Assembly: GCF_009914755.1 (NCBI RefSeq)
Contig: NC_060925.1
Strand: one strand, 5' to 3'
DNA length: 64,000 nucleotides
Origin: the human T2T-CHM13v2.0 reference genome, Homo sapiens
In this document: positions 47,533 through 61,937 of the stretch, piece by piece
Position numbering within the stretch: position 1 is the stretch's first letter
How the letters are laid out: each line of letters starts with the position of its first letter
The notes under the pieces: generated by a model
Seen by the model: the letters and a program-made list of their open reading frames with translations, nothing else
The model's database searches: none
Told to the model about the DNA's origin: nothing
Made by a program: the position numbers and the translations under genes

Positions 47533-48501
47533 TCATTTTTTAGAGAAAGAAAAAAGAAAATAGTCAGTCTTAACCACAGTAACCTCATTTTCTATAACAG
47601 ACAATTCATTCTAAATTCGACAAAAATTAATAATGATTACAAAATGTTTCAAAGCTAATTTTCCTATCCAAGATATTACAGTTTTAAATATTGATTCATT
47701 TTAGGCCTCTTCTTATATAAGTTCTTTTATTAAACATAGGAATTACTTCCAAGATAGAATAAGCTTATGAGCAATGAAAGATCCCAGTATTTTTATATTT
47801 TTCTGTATAATTATGGAAAAGTTCTGTTTAAATCCCTATCCGCTGGCCCACTCCTACCCCTTTTCTAGAGCCAGTTTTCCTACAGCAGATACAGAAAGAA
47901 CTTTCTCAGTCCCCTCTTCGCCCACTAATCTCTAAGTAAAAAAAGAAACATGAAATCTTCTATTCACCACGTGCCCTAACCAGTCACTGTCATATAAGAG
48001 GCAGTTAGAAAGACAGACAGGTAGTTTCAGGATTAGTAATATACGTGAAAGTTTAACCAACACCATGCATTTATTTAGGCCACACTAATCTCTTAACCCA
48101 GTGAAGCACAAACTACATTCGCATTCAAATTGGAGCCTCACTGGTTTCAAAGGGCCCATCATTACTTCATTCTGAAGCAATCTCTTAGGCTTTCCTTTTT
48201 TAAGAGCATTAAACTATATTACCAGTATGAAAATTATCCAGTAGTCAGCAAGAATAAGCATAAGCATTCTTTGGGAATTTTTATAAATTATACCTGTCCT
48301 TTTAAAACCCAATTCCCAAAGATTTTAAATTAGTTGGGGTGACATACAGCCAAGGTATCTGGTTTTATTTTTTAAACATCACAGGCAATTCAGATTTGCA
48401 CCCGTCTTATGAAGACCACAGGCAATCATTTCTAAAATCGAGATCTAGAGGCACCTAGGGATTGAAATATTCTCAACAGTCATACAGAGCTTCTAGAGCC
48501 T

Positions 48502-48705
48502 ACAGCAGGAGTAGGCTTTTATGTAACTGGCCTGCTAGTAAATATTCTAGGCTTTGCAGGCCATTGGGTCTCCCAAAACTACTCAACTTGCCACTATAAT
48601 GCAAAAATAGCCACAAGCAATACATAAATAAATGGGTATGGCTGTGTTCTAATAAAGTTTTATTTATAGAATCAGGTTATAGCTGGTTATAGTTTGCTGA
48701 CCCAT
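48502..48705. mobile_element. MER58A-like hAT-Charlie element
   Basis: TAGTAAATATTCTAGGCTTTGCAGGCCA...AATGGGTATGGCTGTGTTCTAATAAAG. Confidence 0.7.
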
Positions 48706-49515
48706 AGTCTATATAGTCTCTACAATCATGTATAGTCTCCAACAGTCAATAATTTCAGGCTTTTGCAAGTTCCTTATAACAGCTTTCAACTTTTGTCGTT
48801 TCATTTTAATAACCTAAAAACAACACACATTGTGATTCAACTGGATTTGCCATTTATAATGTGATGCATACAAACAGCTTCTAACATTTGCGCATTTACT
48901 ATTTGCCAGGCTCATTTCTAAGTGTTTTACATATATTATTTCATTTCATTCTCACACAACAACCCTATGAGGTGGGAGATGAAATACACAAAGGCCGAAA
49001 GATCTCTGTCACAATGTGATGCGTCTAAGTAGTGGAGACAGGATTCAAACTCCAGCAATCAGGTTCCAGAGCTCCAATGTTCACCAAACTACAGCCAAGA
49101 TCAGCTACACGATCCCAGTGGCCAGTTTGTATTTTTGTTTATGATTAATTTAGCACCAGGTAGTATTACTGTAATCCTCAAGACAGATTTAATATACATC
49201 TATGTAAAACCCAAATGACTCGTAGGTAGCTATTACATGGTTTTGAATAGAAAAAAGAAGTGAAAGACCTGAATCAACACAAGGGACAGGGTGGCATAGC
49301 TGGTGAAAGTAAACTGAGCTCAAAGAACCAACCCTGTACTGGTTAGTAAAATGTACACTGTGAGCAACTAAGTAACATGGCATTGCGGTTTGGTTAATGT
49401 GAATTTGTATTTTCTAGAATTATTTCCATGGGCATTCTGAATGTATTTAATATAAACAAAAAATCTAATGCATACAGCTTTTTTAAAAATGTGGTGATTC
49501 AAATATCTATTTTAA

Positions 49516-49875
<360 letters not shown>

Positions 49876-50485
49876 CCACAAATCAGGATTTAGAACATTG
49901 AATTTGATTAAAAGAACTGTGTATCACATAGGAATTAGCATTCGGCCAAACAAAACAGAGGCTACAACTTTGACTACACTGATAAGCCAAATGAATCTTT
50001 TTTCTATTATCTATGTTATCAAATGCCCTTTTCCCTTAAAACAATGAATATTTTGTTCTTTTCCTGTGACATTATTTAATTAAAAGAAATATAGTCTGAA
50101 AGACCTATTGTCTCTGAATATAATATTGCACCTTAAAAAACATTCACTTGAAAAAAATACACTTTAACATGTATTAAAATCAATATCCTCTCTCTCTATT
50201 ATCTGGTTCTGGAGTAACTTACTCTTGGAAGACAGTTTTCTTATCAATGGGTGAATGGCCAGTTCAAAATAATAAAACATGAAATTAACTCGATGTATGA
50301 ATATAATATCAAATTAAAGTCAGTTTAGTTTGGATATTACAATTTAGTGCTTTACTGCAGCACAGAACATTTATAGTACTAACATTAGAAAGAGGTTAAC
50401 ACATCTGATTCAATCCATTGTAATCTGATACTCTTCAATTAATTTTGTTTAAAAAGTATTGCTGTAACCAATAGAGTTTAATAAA

Positions 50486-50562
50486 ATATAACTGCTAATA
50501 TTACTAAGAATGAAATTTCTTAGTAATAGAAATTTCATTCTTAGTAATATTAGCAGTTATAT
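50486..50562. repeat. Perfect inverted repeat, 35-bp arms, 7-nt spacer
   Basis: ATATAACTGCTAATATTACTAAGAATGAAATTTCT-tagtaat-AGAAATTTCATTCTTAGTAATATTAGCAGTTATAT. Confidence 0.97.
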
Positions 50563-50616
50563 ATGCAAAATTTCCCTAGAATCTCATGAAAACTGTGTCA
50601 GCCTTATTTGACTTTA

Positions 50617-50975
<359 letters not shown>

Positions 50976-51269
50976 TTAAAAAACACTGTAATTAGCAGAA
51001 TCCAATTTATTCCATGATGTCACTCAAATATGAATCAACTACATATTACTTTTAAAAGCTTTTTTGAAAAAATCCTATAAAAACCCAGAAAAAATACAGA
51101 CTTAACAAGTCCTACTCAGAGTTCAAATTATCTTTTTCCCCTTCAGTTTCAAATAACTACACTCTCCTCCAAGTCAATACCAACCAAAACCCATGCTAAT
51201 GAGCCAGTAATATTATAGTCAATTAACGTCAAGCTGCTTCACTAACATCCCTCAGTTAAAACTGGCATC

Positions 51270-51549
51270 GGCAGGGCACAGTGTCTCACGCCTGTAATCC
51301 CAGCACTTTGGGAGGCTGAGGCGGCAGGATCACTTGAGACCAGGAGTTCAAGACCAGCTTGGCCAACAAGCTGAAACCCCGTCTCTACTAAATATACAAA
51401 AATTAGCCATGCACAGTGGCAGATGCCTGTAATCTCAGCTACTCAGGAGGCTGAGGCAGGAGAATCACTTGAACCAGGAGGCGGAGGCTGTAGTGAGCCA
51501 AGATCATGCCACTGTACTCCAGCCTGGGAGGCAGAGAGACTCTTGTCTC
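51270..51549 (+). mobile_element. Alu lacking A tail, intron 1
   Basis: Ends at TGTCTC with no poly(A). Confidence 0.92.
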
Positions 51550-52735
51550 CTACTGGCCCATCAAAAACAAAGTGATCCTAAGAGACCATCACATGACCAA
51601 CAGCTCTTTTATTTCCTTTGCCTTGGCAGTTTACACTGATGCATCAGAAGACCAATGTATTAAAACACTTTATCCTAGAGATAGTTTCTTAAATAAGAAT
51701 TTCCTATTAAAGGGGAAACCTGGAAATATAGCACTTTTCTATACAAATCTGTACTTACTGAACAACCAGTTTTAAAGTTTGAATTATACTAAATTCAGTG
51801 AATGTACCACTTAACTAATTTGAGATTTTTATATTCATAATTGTAAGAGCCATTTTTCTTCATTTGGAACTCATTTGGAAATGAAATCTTCTGGGAACAG
51901 TTAATATTGGGTAATATCTAAGATAACAATAGTTCATCAATAGTTTTATTAAAATAGTCCGAATGAACAGAATACCCCAAAACAAAATTATGGCCCCAAC
52001 ATCTACATAAAGTTGGATTTTATGAAAGGAAATGATTTGGGCAGATGAGTACTTTGTTTTTTCGGGTGGTATTGGATTATGCTGAGCAATATAAAATGTA
52101 TGATCAATCCAAGATTTGATACGCAAGCTTTATTTAAAAATGTTAGGCCAAAGGTCAAGTTTGTTTGTTTCGCTTCCTCTACCAAATACCCAGTAAATGA
52201 GTGAACTATTATCCTTGGGTTCCTGATCTATTCTAATAAATTCAGGCTCTAATAAATTCAGAAAAAGGCCTTCCTAAAAGTGGAATCCGTTTAAGAATAA
52301 GACCAATCAATGTAGAAAACAGAGTTTAGTGTTTTTCTTTCAAATATTTCTGGTTCAAGGAAGAAGAATCAGGAAGATGCTTTAGTCCTAACTTATTGCT
52401 TAATCTACCCTAAGAACTGGGAGTTGATTGATGGCCCATGAGCTCTTAAATGTCAGTTAGCAATATATTAATATAAGTGGGAATAGCAAGAGTGAAGAAA
52501 GCCCCAAAAACAGATTCCCCGAGAAATAAACAGTCAACTATTTTTACAATGACTATTGCTTTTTGAAGCCTCTGTTACCAATAATTGCTATTCCTAATAG
52601 TGAAAAATAAAGTATATATAGAAAAGTTAGTCAGGGAATAATTTCCTTGCCTAGATGCTGATAAAAACTGTGTAACAAGAGGATATGCATGTGTGTCTAC
52701 TAAATAAACCCAAGTTCATATTAAAAACAAAAACT

Positions 52736-53053
<318 letters not shown>

Positions 53054-56000
53054 TTATAGCTATTAGGTATCTAATTAAGGAAGAGGAAAGTAAATATTGT
53101 TTATCACCTAGTACTGGGTAAAACTCTCATCTTTACTTCTCTAAAACATGGATTATCAGTTCTTCAAAGTTAAGTAATTTTGGGAATGCAGTGCTAAAAG
53201 TAAGTTACCTGGTGTTAAGTACATCTGCTTAATTGGCTTACAAAAATGTAAGGGAATAAATAATCATTAATGTATTAGTTTCTGTATAAATAAAAATTCA
53301 GTGTGTACAAAAACACTGTACTAACACACAGTACATAGTCAAGGACTATGCTGCTGAATGTTATAAACTACTCACAAACTTAACACAAAGATAGTCTTGG
53401 ACTTATACGCCTCCATTATCATATTAGCTTTTATTTAAGATAGAAAATGTTGGTTGGTCCTAAAAGTATGCAGCAAACAGCTGAACCAAGCAGATTAAAA
53501 GTAATGCATAATAGTGTAGACTATGAAAATGAGTGACTAAACATGCAAATGGTGAGCCTTCAAGATGCCACATCAAGGCTAAATGACTAATGACTTTATG
53601 ACTAATTTAACACCATACGATCCCTAAGAATTATCTTAAGATTTCTGCTGCTTATGGGAATTTATATATTTCCCTCCTCAATGGGAATATTATTCATCAA
53701 ATAAGTCCTTATCTCAACCTAGGAATCTATTAAGAGACTATGTCTTCAATTTTCTCCTTTTATATATATGTGAGGGAGTGGGCAGGCATTATCTTAGGAA
53801 AATTATCAATAACCCTAACACTAAATGTCGACACTTATGCTAGTTTAGAAATTCCTTGACTCACCTATTTAAATTATTAATCAAAAGTAAATTTTTTCTC
53901 TCTTTTTGAAAAAGGTAGGGTGGGATAGGGAAGAATTATCTTATTCTGAAACATGTAAATGATTAATTACAACTTTACATTAATATTAGGCAATAAATAG
54001 GAAACACCATTCTCTAGGGAAAAAAAAAAGGCTGGGAGAAAACTACAGAGAACATGAGCTTAGAAATCAAGGCTATGAATTTGGTAGCTAATTCCAGTTA
54101 TATTCATTAGCTATAGGACATTGGACAAATTACCTATCTTCTGATTCTGTTTATTCATCATAAAAATCTGCATAATTTCTACCTTGAAAAGATTTTTCTG
54201 AGGATGAGTGGGTACTTAATGTTCAAGGTAAGTTATTTCATGTTTCAACGACCTCTACCCACAAATAAGAGAAACTGGTCACCAAAAGATCCCAAATAAT
54301 TCTGCTTTTAAGATATAACCATACTGGGAATCTTGAGGGTATTATAGTTAAAGGCCTTCAATCTTTCTGAGGTCATGAAGCACTCTGAATGTCGGGAAAA
54401 GGAAGGCTAGCAGACATATATAAATTGCTGCATACAATTTCAGTAAGTTCATGGACTCCTTGAAGACTCTATGGAGCTAAAAAAAAATTTTAAATCCCAA
54501 ATTAAAAAAAATTAATGCTATGTATCTGACCTATTTCCACCTTAAAAATATACATATGTAAAGTTAAAAAGATTAAATAATCCTTCCCCGTTAAAACTGG
54601 AAAGGAAGCAAAAGCTCCACTAACTTGTATTCAATCACGGGTGCTCCTGGCAGCTTCTACTTTGTCACCTTTGTTACCATAGGAACTTTCAGGAAGTTTT
54701 CTTTCCTCTTTACCATGGTTTGCTCAAAATCAAACCGTGAATGGCTTTAAGAAAAAAAAAGTCTAACCCTAGTTTCCAAATTAGTGATTTAATAAGGCAA
54801 GCTCATTTATTATTAAATCTGAAGACCATGCTTCTGATTTTTTTGCTACTTCATTTAATGACTTCATGAGTCATTCAAACTTTTCCTTACATTCTAATTG
54901 CTTTCAAAATGTAAACTATTAAAAAGCTGCCTATAGGAAATAAAGTCAGTTTAAAACAAAACAAAAAATTTAGAATCTAATAAGTAATTCATTATAGCTC
55001 TTGTCAATATGCATATATTCAAATGCATTAGGCAAACAGTAGGTAGGAAATGAGTCTTATTTAATGTTTATATTAACATACAGTAACTGTTCAATAAAAA
55101 TTTACTGAACATATAACCTGAATTCCTATAACAGGAATGAGAATGAAGACAACTGAATATTAATTAGAAGCATACTGCTTGACACATAACAGATTTTAAA
55201 AAATAATCTGCCAGATGAGCAAACCAATGAATGACTAAATGACTGAACAAAAAACAAAAGAAAAACATAATGACTAAAACTTTTAGACAATCCATATTCC
55301 AAATTTTCTGCTACATTAACAAGCCAGACACTCTAGGCTTTTAGCTAAGTAAATGTGAAGTTAAGGAAAAATTATCAAAGACAACGTAAAGGCTTCCAGC
55401 CTGACATAAATATGGATGCTAAGAAGCTATAACAAATTTAATGAATTACTTGAACAAAATCATACTGTTTATTGCTTTGATTCTTAATTGTTGAAACAAA
55501 AACCTGACTCAAACCTGCCAGTATGCAACTAAGTTCAAGACTAACAAACTCCAAAAAACAAGCAATTCAAAAAAATGCACACCATTTACTATGCAGTTTT
55601 CTGGATTTCAATAAAATCAAAATACCTAATAGGAATGAAAATGCAGAAACAAAAGTCCAGAGTCAATATAGTTTATTTTAATGGCTTTTTTTTAAGCAAA
55701 GCCACATAATAAAGTTAAAAAAAAAAAAAAAGAATACCATAGTTGAATACAGAAATTATCCACATTTACCCATTTGGTGCCTAAAAATTGAAACAGCAAC
55801 GTCCACACTGGAGAAGTTGAAAAAGTCAAGATGGGAGCTAAATAAGTCAGAAAATCCAGACTGGTTAACAAATTTGGGCATCTAACTGCTAGGTTACATA
55901 TTCCTTGAGATATTATATCTCATTCAGACACATAGGCAACATATAAAAGTGGTTAAGAATTTTTGGGGGGTATACTGGAATCATCCTGCAAATATGATAC

Positions 56001-57929
56001 TTAGGCCAGTTACTTAAACCATCTTTGCTTCTGTGTCACCTTATCTAAAATGCAAAGAATGATACACCTACCTCAAAAGATTTACATGAGATGACACATA
56101 TTTGTAAAACCTGGCACCTAATTAACTGCTTAGTAGCAGTATTCCCAGTGGGACTGGAATTTATTACTGGGATCAAACATACTTATATAGTAAATATCTG
56201 TTCAATTAATGAAGAAGAAAATTCCATTAAGAAATCTGGAATGACTGGATAGTCATACAGATAGACTAGAAAATAAAGATCCAGTTTTCTGGAACATATT
56301 CATTCTGACAGAACAGGAATGACTTTAGAATTTCATTCAAAAATACTAAGTGCTACCACTTTGTTATACTCTGGTGCCATAAGAAATGGTGAGTTGTATG
56401 ACAAGCGAGCCTTTAAAGAGAATTGAAGGAGGTTTCTCTCAGTACCTAACCATGATTTTAAAGGTAAAAGAAGTTGAGAGAATCAATCACATTCTGATGT
56501 AGTCACCTACCCTACAAATCAATAGCACCCTAGGAAGAGCAGACCAATCTACATAGGACATTTTGTCTCCCTGACTTAACCAAGATAATGAACAGTGAAA
56601 CATTAAGACAGGTATCCTTGAGAGGGAACTGTGGGGTGATGGACAAATCCATTATCTTGTTTTGTGTGGTGTTTACATAAGTATATGCAATTGCCAAAAC
56701 TAATAAAATTAAGCCTGTAAAAATTGTGCATTTCATTCTATGCTAGTTATACCATTAAAAACTGGTTCATTTAAAAAATGCTCCCTACTTTTCTCACTGG
56801 AAAATGTAATAATTTACAAATAGTATAATCAAATCTATATTCACTATAAAATTAACTACAGGATGATCAGGTCCAACTAGAAATATTTTGGATAAGGTAT
56901 TCTTTTAACTTTTCAGTGATAGGTGATGGAAAAGCAATTATCTGAGATCACAGACTACTAGAATTCCTCATGTTCTAATTTTTGCAGAATCTAGGAATGA
57001 ACACGCACCATTTAGCCACATTTCTTTCACCTGTTGGTCAGAACTTTATGTTTGAGGATTTTCAATGGGAAATTGCTTGTTTGTGTCACTGGTTGTCTTA
57101 TGTTATGTTTGGAGGAAAAGGGCTTGGGAGAAAAACAGGACAGATAATACAGAGTGTTCAACTAGAAATCCCCAAATCAGGATTCTAGCTCTAGGATTAA
57201 AATGTACAGGGCAACTTTGGACACGGTACTTGAATTTTCTGTGCTTGTGATATTCTGCTATCACAAGGCTGTCATAGGATAAAGTGTATTAATTTGTGGA
57301 AATACTTTGAAAAGTCAAAGCAATATATTATTCTAACATGATACCATAGACATAGTCAAGCCCCAAACTTAATCCTGACAGTTATAGGTTCTTGGAAAGC
57401 CCCCATACATATCTCACTTTAACTTGAATAGAATGTTCAAGAGGGTGGAAACAGGTAGGTTACCCTCTCTCTTTAAAAAAGGGGGTGAGAGGGTGATGTG
57501 TTTTCCACGATTGAACTTCCAGAACTCTAGATTTCTGGAATTTATCTTCCAAAAGACTTGGTATAATCTGGTAAATATTGAAAGAGGAGTGGGGAATAAG
57601 GCCCGGATTAAGATAAATTCTTCCTGTCCCTAGTGTTGTCAACAATCAATGAGGAGATGAATTGCTCCTGGAGTACAGGAAGCTTGACTTCTAAAATATT
57701 GTTAAACAAGCAATCAGAAAACATTTACTGTATTCTTTCACAAATCTTTGGCACACACCCAAGAGCTCCCTCAAACTGCGTGCATCCCAGGAATGAGTGA
57801 GAGCAAGGCCTAGATGTCTTCAGATCATCCATCACAGCTCCCTCCCGCCTCCATTCCAGGTCCAGCGGAGCGGCCTCGGGCAATCACACCCTTCCCTGAC
57901 CTCCCCCTCCCCAGGGCCGCCAGCCTCAC

Positions 57930-57985
57930 CAGCTGTTCCCGGCTGCTGGAGCTCCGATCGGTTGGCGCCCGGCGGCCCCGAACAT
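57930..57985 (-). CDS. GPATCH2: GPATCH2 coding exon 1 (MFGAAGRQPIGAPAAGNS-W; 56 nt)
   Basis: ATG at 57985; translation matches the recalled human GPATCH2 N-terminus; donor TG|GTGAGG at 57929; splices in frame to exon 2 (TG+G = Trp19). Confidence 0.95.
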
Positions 57986-58088
57986 TAACGACACCCAGGA
58001 GCCTGGCCTCGAAGCTCAGGCCCGTGAACAGACTCCAACTACAACAGCACCGGCGACTTCCAAAGAGCAGTTCAGCATTTTGAGATGA

Positions 58089-58123
58089 GCTTCCGGAAGC
58101 CGACAGGCGGCGGAAACCGGATG
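58089..58123. promoter_or_regulatory. ETS/GABP-type motif cluster (palindrome GCTTCCGGAAGC, plus CGGAAA and CCGGATG)
   Basis: CCGGAAG on both strands at 58089-58100; typical of bidirectional housekeeping promoters. Confidence 0.65.
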
Positions 58124-58339
58124 CCCGGAGCAACCATTAGTTCTCCGCGTTTACTGCTTTCCCCTTCCTATAATCCCCTCTTCCTACTCGCAGTAGAGAC
58201 AGAGACAAATAAATTAAACTTTTGTGTTACACAGAAATTTCTTAATTCTCTTTTTAGTGCTCTTAAAGTCAAAGCAGCATGAGAGAAAAGAGGAGTGAAC
58301 AAAAAGTCGAACCCCGGGAGTGAGCTATGGTTTAGCCCA

Positions 58340-58353
58340 GTTACCATGGAGAC
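58340..58353. promoter_or_regulatory. RFX X-box GTTACCATGGAGAC
   Basis: Close match to GTYNCCATGGNAAC (reverse strand GTCTCCATGGTAAC), 40 bp upstream of the SPATA17 ATG. Confidence 0.75.
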
Positions 58354-58392
58354 CGGTAGTAACACCAGTTGTAAACCCAAGGCCAAGAGACC

Positions 58393-58460
58393 ATGGCCAC
58401 GTTAGCCCGGCTGCAAGCTAGGTCGTCGACTGTAGGAAATCAGTACTACTTTAGGAACAG
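58393..58460 (+). CDS. SPATA17: SPATA17 coding exon 1 (MATLARLQARSSTVGNQYYFRN-S; 68 nt)
   Basis: Kozak ACCATGG; perfect donor CAG|GTAAGT at 58461; matches the recalled SPATA17 N-terminus; known head-to-head neighbour of GPATCH2. Confidence 0.92.
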
Positions 58461-58901
58461 GTAAGTCAGGAAGAGAAGGATCGCGTAAAGGGCGGGCGTG
58501 ACTTTATACCAGTTGTTCCTCAGCGGGAGTTTCCAATTAACGATTTAACGATTACCCTAATTCATTAAGTAGTACCCAATTCTTCCCTTAATGGGCTGCA
58601 AACATAATTGGGAGTTTCTGTTACCATACAACGAAATTCTAAATAGAGAGGGGCCGTAGATATTCAGTGTGAGATGATTTAAGGAAACTCCCAGCATAGA
58701 TAAAATTGTAAAGTGCTTTTTTTCTTCGACATCACCACTCTGCAATTTGATGAAACCTATGTTCAATACCCTGACTGGGGGTCACCCTGACTCACTAGCC
58801 CAATGAACTCAGATTGTGTCCCATCTACCTAGGGATTTGAGCCTCCGTTATTTTACAAACATCACTAAACTCAATTGTTCTATGACTCATTCGCCTTTTT
58901 A

Positions 58902-59540
<639 letters not shown>

Positions 59541-59929
59541 TCACAACGTACCTCTCTTACAGCACTGATCACAATTCAATTTTACATTCTTTTATGAGAT
59601 AATATCTATCTCCCCTCTTAAACTAGTAGCAGAGACAGTGTCTCTTATTTTGCTCACCATTATTTTTGTCTCCAACGTCTATGATAGCCCCATACAAATA
59701 ATAGTAACACAATAATTGTTGAAGACTCACATTAATGAATTTTTCAATAAATCTGTAGCCCTGGTTTAAGTAAACATACTAACAATAGCTAAACATAGAA
59801 ATTATCTATTTATTTAGAGTATGTGGCAGGTGCTGTATTTATGACATATATAAATGAAATAAGCCCCATCCATCATGATGTTCACATCCTTGTATGGAAT
59901 ATAGGCTTTTAAAAAATAATTACAATACT

Positions 59930-60351
<422 letters not shown>

Positions 60352-61161
60352 TCACTTGGTTATCACAATGTTATAAGTTAATGTAGAAATTATCTATTTA
60401 TTAGATAATCTATATTTTTAGAGCTATAGAACAATGTTCTAGAAAAGCCTGATGAAGTGCCAAACAAACAATTAATTGGCCAGGCACAGTGGCTCAGGCC
60501 TGTAATCCCAGCACGTTGGGCTGGCGGATGTCTTGAGGTCAATTATGAATTATCAGAGCCAACTAATCTAACTCTAAAACCTCCGCTGTTCACTGTCACT
60601 AAACAAAATTTTCTTCCCATTAAGCTGATTTAATTAAATTGCAACAAGCACCAAGATCCAGAGGTCCAAATGGCTTGAGTGTACTGTCCCAAATCCGTTA
60701 ACATGTAGGGAACAGAGTTGTGGGAAACAATTTAAAGTCTCCTTGGTTTCTTTCAATGTCTTCTGTTTTCGTAACAAGGTACGGACAAAAAGGCTTCTTC
60801 CTAATGGCTAGCATCAGAATAACGCTGAAGCTGAAAGATGACTTGGTTGAGAAAATACATTCCTAAGTGTTTAGGTTAGTATCTGAGTCCTGTGAGGCCT
60901 GGAAGTCCAATGTGGAAACGAGAAGCTCCTCTGCCTAACAAAGAGGAAGGATCTGGAACTCCAAGAAGTGAGCAGCAAATACAGGAGGAGATTTTGAACT
61001 ACAAAGAATAGGAGGAGTGTGGGTTGCCCGACTGACATAATACTCTGGAAAGTTGCTCCCACAGGGAATGTTTGGTGTGTGTTTATGTTTTGGCCAGCCC
61101 ATCAAAGAGACTGAAAATTTTGTCCTGGACATAAGGTGAACAAAAGATAGTAGGCAGTTGT

Positions 61162-61875
61162 TGTAACTTCCCAGTGGGTTCACCTTGCCTGTTGCCTAGA
61201 CAGAGCCAATTTATCAAGACGGCAATTGCAATAAAGAAAGAATAATTCACACAGACCCGGTTGTGTGGGAGACCAGAGTTTTATTGTTACTGAAATCTGT
61301 CTCCCTGAGCATTAGGGGATCAGAGTTTTTAAGTATGATTTGATGGGTTAGTGTGAGGCCAGTGAGTCAGGAGGGCTGATTGGTTGGGTCAGAGATGAAA
61401 TCATAGAGGGTGGAACCTGTCTTCTTGCACTGAGTCAATTCTGGGGTGGGGGCCACAAGGTCAGAGCCAGTTTATCAATCTGGGTGGTGCCAGCTGATCC
61501 ATCAAGTGCAGCATCTGCAAAATATCTCTAGCACTGATCTTAGGTTTTACAATACTGATATTATCCCCAGGAGCCATTTAGGGAGGGTCAGAATCTTATA
61601 GCCTCCAGCTGCGTGACTCCCAAACCATAATTTCTAATCTTTTAACTAATTTGTTATTCCAACAAAGGCAGTCTAGTCCCCAGGCAAGAAGGGGGTTTGC
61701 CTTGGGAAAGGCCTATTATCATCTTTGTTTTAAACTATAAACTAAGTTCCTGGCAAAGTTAGTTCAGCCTATGTCAGGAATGAACGAGGACAGCTTGAAG
61801 GTTAGAAGCAAGATGGAGTTGGTTAGGTCAGATCTCTTTCACTGTCTCAGTTACAGTTTTCCAGTGGCAGTTCCA
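61162..61875 (-). mobile_element. Solo LTR8-like (ERV1) element
   Basis: TG...CA termini; 4-bp TSD TTGT (61158-61161 / 61876-61879); minus strand begins TGGAACTGCC...ACTGAGACAGTGAAAGAGATCTGACCTAACCAACTCCATCTTGC as in the recalled LTR8 consensus. Confidence 0.85.
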
Positions 61876-61902
61876 TTGTCACTTGACAGAGTATTGGCCT
61901 TT

Positions 61903-61903
<1 letters not shown>

Positions 61904-61937
<34 letters not shown>
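61904..61937. repeat. (TTG)~11 microsatellite
   Basis: Read directly. Confidence 0.95.

Larger units (their letters stand above)
57770..58530. promoter_or_regulatory. CpG island / bidirectional promoter of GPATCH2 and SPATA17
   Basis: Only non-Alu CpG-rich region in the window; divergent ATGs 408 bp apart; no obvious TATA box. Confidence 0.9.

Noticed and set aside
52232-52261. Short tandem duplications (TCTAATAAATTCAG x2; similar ones near 7610, 28725 and 43975)
   Set aside because: Ordinary slippage duplications with no sign of function
57797-58386. Several overlapping ORFs around the CpG island (e.g. 57825..58133 minus, 102 aa)
   Set aside because: Stop-poor GC-rich sequence, often with non-ATG starts; the 102-aa ORF is out of frame with the splice-supported GPATCH2 exon 1
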